The position numbers were made by a program, and so were the translations under genes. Positions 23,666 through 28,073 of a DNA stretch of 28,073 nt are shown here, one piece after another (within the stretch, counting starts at the first letter, position 1; each line of letters starts with the position of its first letter). The notes under the pieces were generated by a model. That model worked only from the letters and a program-made list of their open reading frames with translations, ran no database searches and was not told the DNA's origin. The DNA is from a virus (Duplodnaviria; Caudoviricetes): positions 1-28,073 of the IMG/VR virus record IMGVR_UViG_3300027849_000851, one strand, 5' to 3'.

Positions 23666-24603
23666 TGAAACAATTTATAATAGAAAACGATAAGCTAGAA
23701 CAACTAGAGACAGACCATTTAGGGTGGCCATATTCATTTATTAAAGAGGGTATGCTTAATACTTTACCTGAGGATTATGATGGTTGGTTTTGTTTTACTA
23801 GAATGGATTTTTCGATTGGAGATTGGGCTATAATAAGTGGACTTCCTGAGGCATTAAAGAAAAAATACCCTAAAATAAAAATTGCATTTCCCTCTCGAAG
23901 GTGGTTTATTGAACAGTTAGGACCAATAATACAAAAGTGGAATTATTCTAAAAATCATAATGCTTTAGATAATTTTGATATTATATTAAAAAATAATCCT
24001 CACATAGATTATCTATTTGATCCCGGAGAAATAAAACAGATATTTACTGACCATGATAGATGTTGGTTTGCCCCCGATTCTAATTTTCCAATTGTAGAAC
24101 AAGTATTACTTAGATTTGGGTTTAGTATAGATGATTTAAATACAATAGACTCTAGACCTTCATTATACTTTACTCAAGAAGAGGTTGATACAGCTAAATA
24201 CATAGTTGGGGATAAAAAATATGGGTGTTTATTATTTTCATCACGTATAGAGAAATTAAAAGGTAGATGGAAAGATGAAAGACTATTAAAAGAAGCTAGG
24301 AAATTTAAAGATACTCCCGTATATTACTATAGTGATTTTGATCTAGAAGGTACAGAATGGGATGAATTATTTCCTGTAAGATATAATTTTGCAAAAATGG
24401 GGTTAACAATTAGAGAACAATTATGTATAAAAGCAAGAGCAGAATTTAATCTTAGTTACCAAGCAGGTGTAAGTGATGCAGTTGCAAGAACAACAGAATC
24501 TATAGTGCTTTGCCCTTATGATTCACCTAAAGGTAATATAGTTAGAAATGTTAAATATGTGTTTACTGAAAAGGATTTAGTATTAAACTTTAATAAAATA
24601 TAA
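23665..24603 (+). CDS. putative glycosyltransferase (GT9/heptosyltransferase-like)
   Basis: SIGDWAIISGLPEALKKKYP...LKNNPHID, P.LYFT.EE. Confidence 0.6.
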   Translation: MKQFIIENDKLEQLETDHLGWPYSFIKEGMLNTLPEDYDGWFCFTRMDFSIGDWAIISGLPEALKKKYPKIKIAFPSRRWFIEQLGPIIQKWNYSKNHNALDNFDIILKNNPHIDYLFDPGEIKQIFTDHDRCWFAPDSNFPIVEQVLLRFGFSIDDLNTIDSRPSLYFTQEEVDTAKYIVGDKKYGCLLFSSRIEKLKGRWKDERLLKEARKFKDTPVYYYSDFDLEGTEWDELFPVRYNFAKMGLTIREQLCIKARAEFNLSYQAGVSDAVARTTESIVLCPYDSPKGNIVRNVKYVFTEKDLVLNFNKI

Positions 24604-24607
24604 TAAT

Positions 24608-25339
24608 ATGGGATTATTTGATGAATTAACAGATCGAAAAGTTAATGTCTATTATAGACTATCTAACTTTCAAGCAGGTATGTCTAAGAAAAAAATACCA
24701 AACGCTACTAAACAACATTGTTTAGAAAATTGTATAAAAGAATTTGGAGTTGAAAATATAACTATAATAGGAGATACCTTAAATGATGAAACTAAAAACT
24801 TTGTTAAGGATTTAAATTTAAAACTAGTTGAAGTACAAAATGGTACAGGTTCAAAAACATTTTTAGATGCTTTAAATTTAGCTTTAGGTGAAAATAAGGA
24901 TGATGATATTATTTATCTCTTAGAAGATGATTTCTTACACAAACCTGATTCACTTAAACTAATTAAAGAAGGGTTATCATCACACCCCAATTCATATGTT
25001 ACACTATATGACCATCCAGATAAATACATTGATGCTACCCAAGGTGGTAACCCTCATATCCAACAAAGGGGTGAAGTTACTAGGGTACTTAAAACAGATT
25101 CCGTACATTGGAAATTAACAAATAGTACTGTTATGACCTTTGCTGCTACCTGTGAAAGATTAAAATTAGATATAGATTTATTAAATAAATATGCTCAAAA
25201 TAAAATAACGGATTCATATGGTTTTTTTATGGAATTAATTAAAAGTAAACAAGTGGGTGTTATGAGTTCAATTCCTGGTTATTCAACACATTGTGAAGCT
25301 GCCTGGTTGACACCTTTAACCGATTGGAATAAAATATGA
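24608..25339 (+). CDS. putative GT-A glycosyltransferase
   Basis: IYLLEDDFLH DxD-like motif. Lies in the glycan cluster. Confidence 0.6.
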   Translation: MGLFDELTDRKVNVYYRLSNFQAGMSKKKIPNATKQHCLENCIKEFGVENITIIGDTLNDETKNFVKDLNLKLVEVQNGTGSKTFLDALNLALGENKDDDIIYLLEDDFLHKPDSLKLIKEGLSSHPNSYVTLYDHPDKYIDATQGGNPHIQQRGEVTRVLKTDSVHWKLTNSTVMTFAATCERLKLDIDLLNKYAQNKITDSYGFFMELIKSKQVGVMSSIPGYSTHCEAAWLTPLTDWNKI

Positions 25340-26130
25340 TAAGTTTAATTATACCAACATATAGAAACCCTGAATATTTAGACCTATGTCTACGATCAGC
25401 TATTAAACAACAATGGAATGATAATGAAATTATTGTTGCTGTAGATGGTTTTATTGAAGAAAGTAATGATGTATTAGAAAAGTATAAAGATAAAATAAAA
25501 ATATTGGATTTAGGCGCTAACCAAGGTATGCAAACAGCACTTAATTTAGCTGTTATGAATGCCACCAATGAAAAAATACTTATTGTAAACGATGATAATG
25601 TGTTTTGTACTAAATGGGATATAGTAGCATCTAAGGTACAGCCAGGAGAAGTATTAACATTAAATCAAATTGAACCAGATGGTCCAGGAATATTTAACTT
25701 CCCAGTTAAAGATTTTGGTCGTACACCTGATACATTTGAATATAAATTATTTCTTGATCATGAAATGTTTACTAAATCGAATGAGCTAACAGATGATGGA
25801 GGTATATTTCCGTTTGCTATGTATAAGAAAGATTATATGATAGTAGGAGGGTTTGATACAATGTATAAATCACCTTTTATATGTGATTGGGATTTCTTTT
25901 TAAAATTAGATTTAAATGGGATAGTTTTTAAAAGAACACATGAAGCACATTTATATCATTTTGGTAGTACTGCTACTAAAAATGGTAAAGAAGGTAAAAT
26001 GTTTAAAGCAACCGAAAGACCTGCTGCTGAATTATTTTACTATAAATGGGGAATATCACCACAACTATTTAAAAATTTATCACATAATCCTAAAAATAAA
26101 CAAACAATTAAAGGAATTAAATTCAATTAA
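25336..26130 (+). CDS. glycosyltransferase family 2
   Basis: ISLIIPTYRN, VAVDG, ALNLA, VNDD, VGGFD, DWDF and YHFGS. Confidence 0.9.
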   Translation: MISLIIPTYRNPEYLDLCLRSAIKQQWNDNEIIVAVDGFIEESNDVLEKYKDKIKILDLGANQGMQTALNLAVMNATNEKILIVNDDNVFCTKWDIVASKVQPGEVLTLNQIEPDGPGIFNFPVKDFGRTPDTFEYKLFLDHEMFTKSNELTDDGGIFPFAMYKKDYMIVGGFDTMYKSPFICDWDFFLKLDLNGIVFKRTHEAHLYHFGSTATKNGKEGKMFKATERPAAELFYYKWGISPQLFKNLSHNPKNKQTIKGIKFN

Positions 26131-26135
26131 AAATT

Positions 26136-26789
26136 ATGATACAAGATTTAGAACAAAAAGTAAACCAAATCCACAAAGTACCATCCGATATTAACCAACA
26201 TATCCCTGTTATTGTACAATTAGCACAAGAATGTGACCATATAACTGAAATGGGGGTTAGAACAGTAGTTTCAACTTGGGCTTGGTTAGCAGGGGCACCT
26301 AAAGATGGATTAATTTCCTATGACCTTTATAACCCTAAATATTGGTTAGGGGAAAATAATGACCCTATTAAAGATGTAGCAGACACAGCAGAAGCTTATG
26401 GTATCAAATTTAAGTTTGTAGAAGCAGATGTATGTAAAATTGAAATTGAAGAAACTGACTTATTATTTATTGATACTTGGCATGTTTATGACCAATTAAA
26501 GGAAGAATTAAGAAGACATGCTAATAAGGCAAGAAAATATATTTGTTTCCACGATACAACCCTTTTTGCACACCACGCTGAAACAAATGCATCTGACCAT
26601 AAATGGGCAGGTAAATTAACCGAAAACAAAGGTTTATGGGACGCTGTCACAGAATTCCTTATTGAAAATTCAGATACGTGGGAGTTACAGAAAAGATACG
26701 AACATAATAATGGATTTACAATTATAAAACGTAAATTACCACCTTTTGAGTACATATCCCTAAAAATAAACAAACAATCAAAGGAATAA
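26136..26789 (+). CDS. class I SAM-dependent methyltransferase (Methyltransf_24-like)
   Basis: EMGVR, DLLFIDTWH.Y, FHDT, GLWDAV.EF and NNG.T motifs. Confidence 0.8.
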   Translation: MIQDLEQKVNQIHKVPSDINQHIPVIVQLAQECDHITEMGVRTVVSTWAWLAGAPKDGLISYDLYNPKYWLGENNDPIKDVADTAEAYGIKFKFVEADVCKIEIEETDLLFIDTWHVYDQLKEELRRHANKARKYICFHDTTLFAHHAETNASDHKWAGKLTENKGLWDAVTEFLIENSDTWELQKRYEHNNGFTIIKRKLPPFEYISLKINKQSKE

Positions 26790-26792
26790 AAT

Positions 26793-27797
26793 ATGAATAA
26801 AAATATATTAATAACAGGAGTTGCTGGCTTATTAGGAAGCAGATTAGCAGATTGGATAATAGAAAACAAACCAGGATATACTGTAATAGGTGTAGACGAT
26901 TTAAGTGGTGGTTATAAAGAAAACGTACATTCAGATGTTAAATTTTGGCAAATGGATTTAGTAAACCATCCAATTGAAAATATATTTGAAGCACATAAAA
27001 TTGATTATGTATATCATTTTGCTGCATATGCTGCCGAAGGATTATCGCCTTTTATACGTTCTTACAACTATGATAACAATTTAAAAGCTACGGCCCGCAT
27101 AGTTAATGAGTGCATAAAGAACGACGTTAAAAGATTGGTATTTACGTCTACAATGGCTGTTTATGGTCATGGAGAAGGTGGTATATTTCATGAAGATATG
27201 AGACGTAATCCAATTGATCCTTATGGTATTGCAAAAATGGCATGTGAGATGGATATTGAAATCGCAAACGAACAACATGGATTAGATTATACTATTATTA
27301 GACCTCATAATGTATATGGATCTAAACAAAATATTTGGGACAAATATAGAAATGTACTTGGTATTTGGATGTATTACTTACTTAATGATAAGCCAATTTC
27401 AGTATTTGGAGATGGTGAACAAACTAGAGCATTTAGTTATATAGATGATTCAATAGAACCACTATGGAACGCTCATTTTGAACCTAAAGCATCAAAACAA
27501 ATTATTAATTTAGGTGGCATACATGAATACAGTATTAATGAATGTGCTAATGTGTTACAAGAAATAGTTGGTAAGGGTGGAGTAGAATATTTAGAAGGTA
27601 GACATGAAGTTAAACATGCCGTACCAACATTTCAAAAATCAATTGATATATTAGGGTTTGAACATAAAACCGATTTAAAAGAAGGATTAACTAAAATGTG
27701 GGAGTGGGCTCAAACACAACCAATGAGAGATAGATTTGTGTGGGATAATTATGAAATTGAGAAAGGAATATATAGCTTTTGGAAAACTAAAAATTAA
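26793..27797 (+). CDS. NAD-dependent nucleotide-sugar epimerase/dehydratase
   Basis: ITGVAGLLGS, DDLSGG, HFAA, YGIAK (YxxxK), RPHNVYG and GDGEQTRAF. Confidence 0.93.
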   Translation: MNKNILITGVAGLLGSRLADWIIENKPGYTVIGVDDLSGGYKENVHSDVKFWQMDLVNHPIENIFEAHKIDYVYHFAAYAAEGLSPFIRSYNYDNNLKATARIVNECIKNDVKRLVFTSTMAVYGHGEGGIFHEDMRRNPIDPYGIAKMACEMDIEIANEQHGLDYTIIRPHNVYGSKQNIWDKYRNVLGIWMYYLLNDKPISVFGDGEQTRAFSYIDDSIEPLWNAHFEPKASKQIINLGGIHEYSINECANVLQEIVGKGGVEYLEGRHEVKHAVPTFQKSIDILGFEHKTDLKEGLTKMWEWAQTQPMRDRFVWDNYEIEKGIYSFWKTKN

Positions 27798-27800
27798 ATT

Positions 27801-28073
27801 ATGAATATAGGAATAATAGGACAGGGTTTTGTTGGTAATGCCATTTACCAAAAATTAAATAAGTATTATAAAGTTTTTACTTATGATTTAATGGCTAAAT
27901 TAAGTAATTCAACTTTTGAAGAAACTATTGAAAGGTGTAAAATAGTATTTATATGTTTGCCTACACCTATGAATAGTGATGGTAGTTGCAATTTAGACAT
28001 CATTGATAAAGTATTAACCCAAATTAATGAATATACTGATACTGAAAGAATAGTTGTATTAAATCAACTATAA
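27801..28073 (+). CDS. UDP-glucose/GDP-mannose dehydrogenase family, N-terminal fragment (frameshifted at window end)
   Basis: IGIIGQGFVG and FICLPTP motifs. The expected IKST motif is in the -1 frame at 28058-28069. Confidence 0.82.
   Translation: MNIGIIGQGFVGNAIYQKLNKYYKVFTYDLMAKLSNSTFEETIERCKIVFICLPTPMNSDGSCNLDIIDKVLTQINEYTDTERIVVLNQL

Noticed and set aside
7087-27278. All minus-strand ORFs in the track (e.g. 11175..11651, 13541..13855, 22041..22442, 26486..26869)
   Set aside because: They are antisense shadows of strongly supported + strand genes, with Ser/Phe/Ile-rich composition and no motifs or promoters.
10020-28073. Bacterial chromosome origin (groESL, LPS-like genes, que genes)
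   Set aside because: The T4-like PolB, clamp and gp44/gp62-like loaders, many small unknown ORFs, single-strand dense packing and divergent enzymes indicate a phage.

Overview
AT-rich, gene-dense window with every credible gene on the + strand. It is most likely part of a large dsDNA tailed phage with T4-like replication genes. A Bacteroidota (probably marine Flavobacteriia) host is inferred from A-rich, Shine-Dalgarno-poor starts, TTG-N17-TCGTATATT promoters and an Hc1-like histone H1 gene. Four modules occur in order. (1) A 7-deazaguanine (preQ0) cluster: queC, tRNA-Gln, thioredoxin, queD, queE, a 2OG-Fe(II) oxygenase and folE, running directly into a purine phosphoribosyltransferase and a MazG-like NTP pyrophosphatase. 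(2) A family-B DNA polymerase split into two genes, with two translationally coupled ORFs between motif B and motif C, followed by a sliding clamp. (3) A chaperone block (Hsp20, GroES, GroEL, Hc1), then clamp loaders, an Nmad1/DUF1599-like protein, a GT17 and a Cas4-like nuclease. (4) An RHH-like regulator heading a ~10 kb glycan cluster (glycosyltransferases, DegT aminotransferase, sulfotransferase, methyltransferase, epimerase, UDP-glucose dehydrogenase). The main candidates for novelty are the split polymerase, a possible nucleotide-pool route for 7-deazaguanine into DNA (preQ0 enzymes + PRTase + pyrophosphatase + PolB), and repeated loss of zinc ligands. All family calls come from motif recognition by eye; no searches were run.
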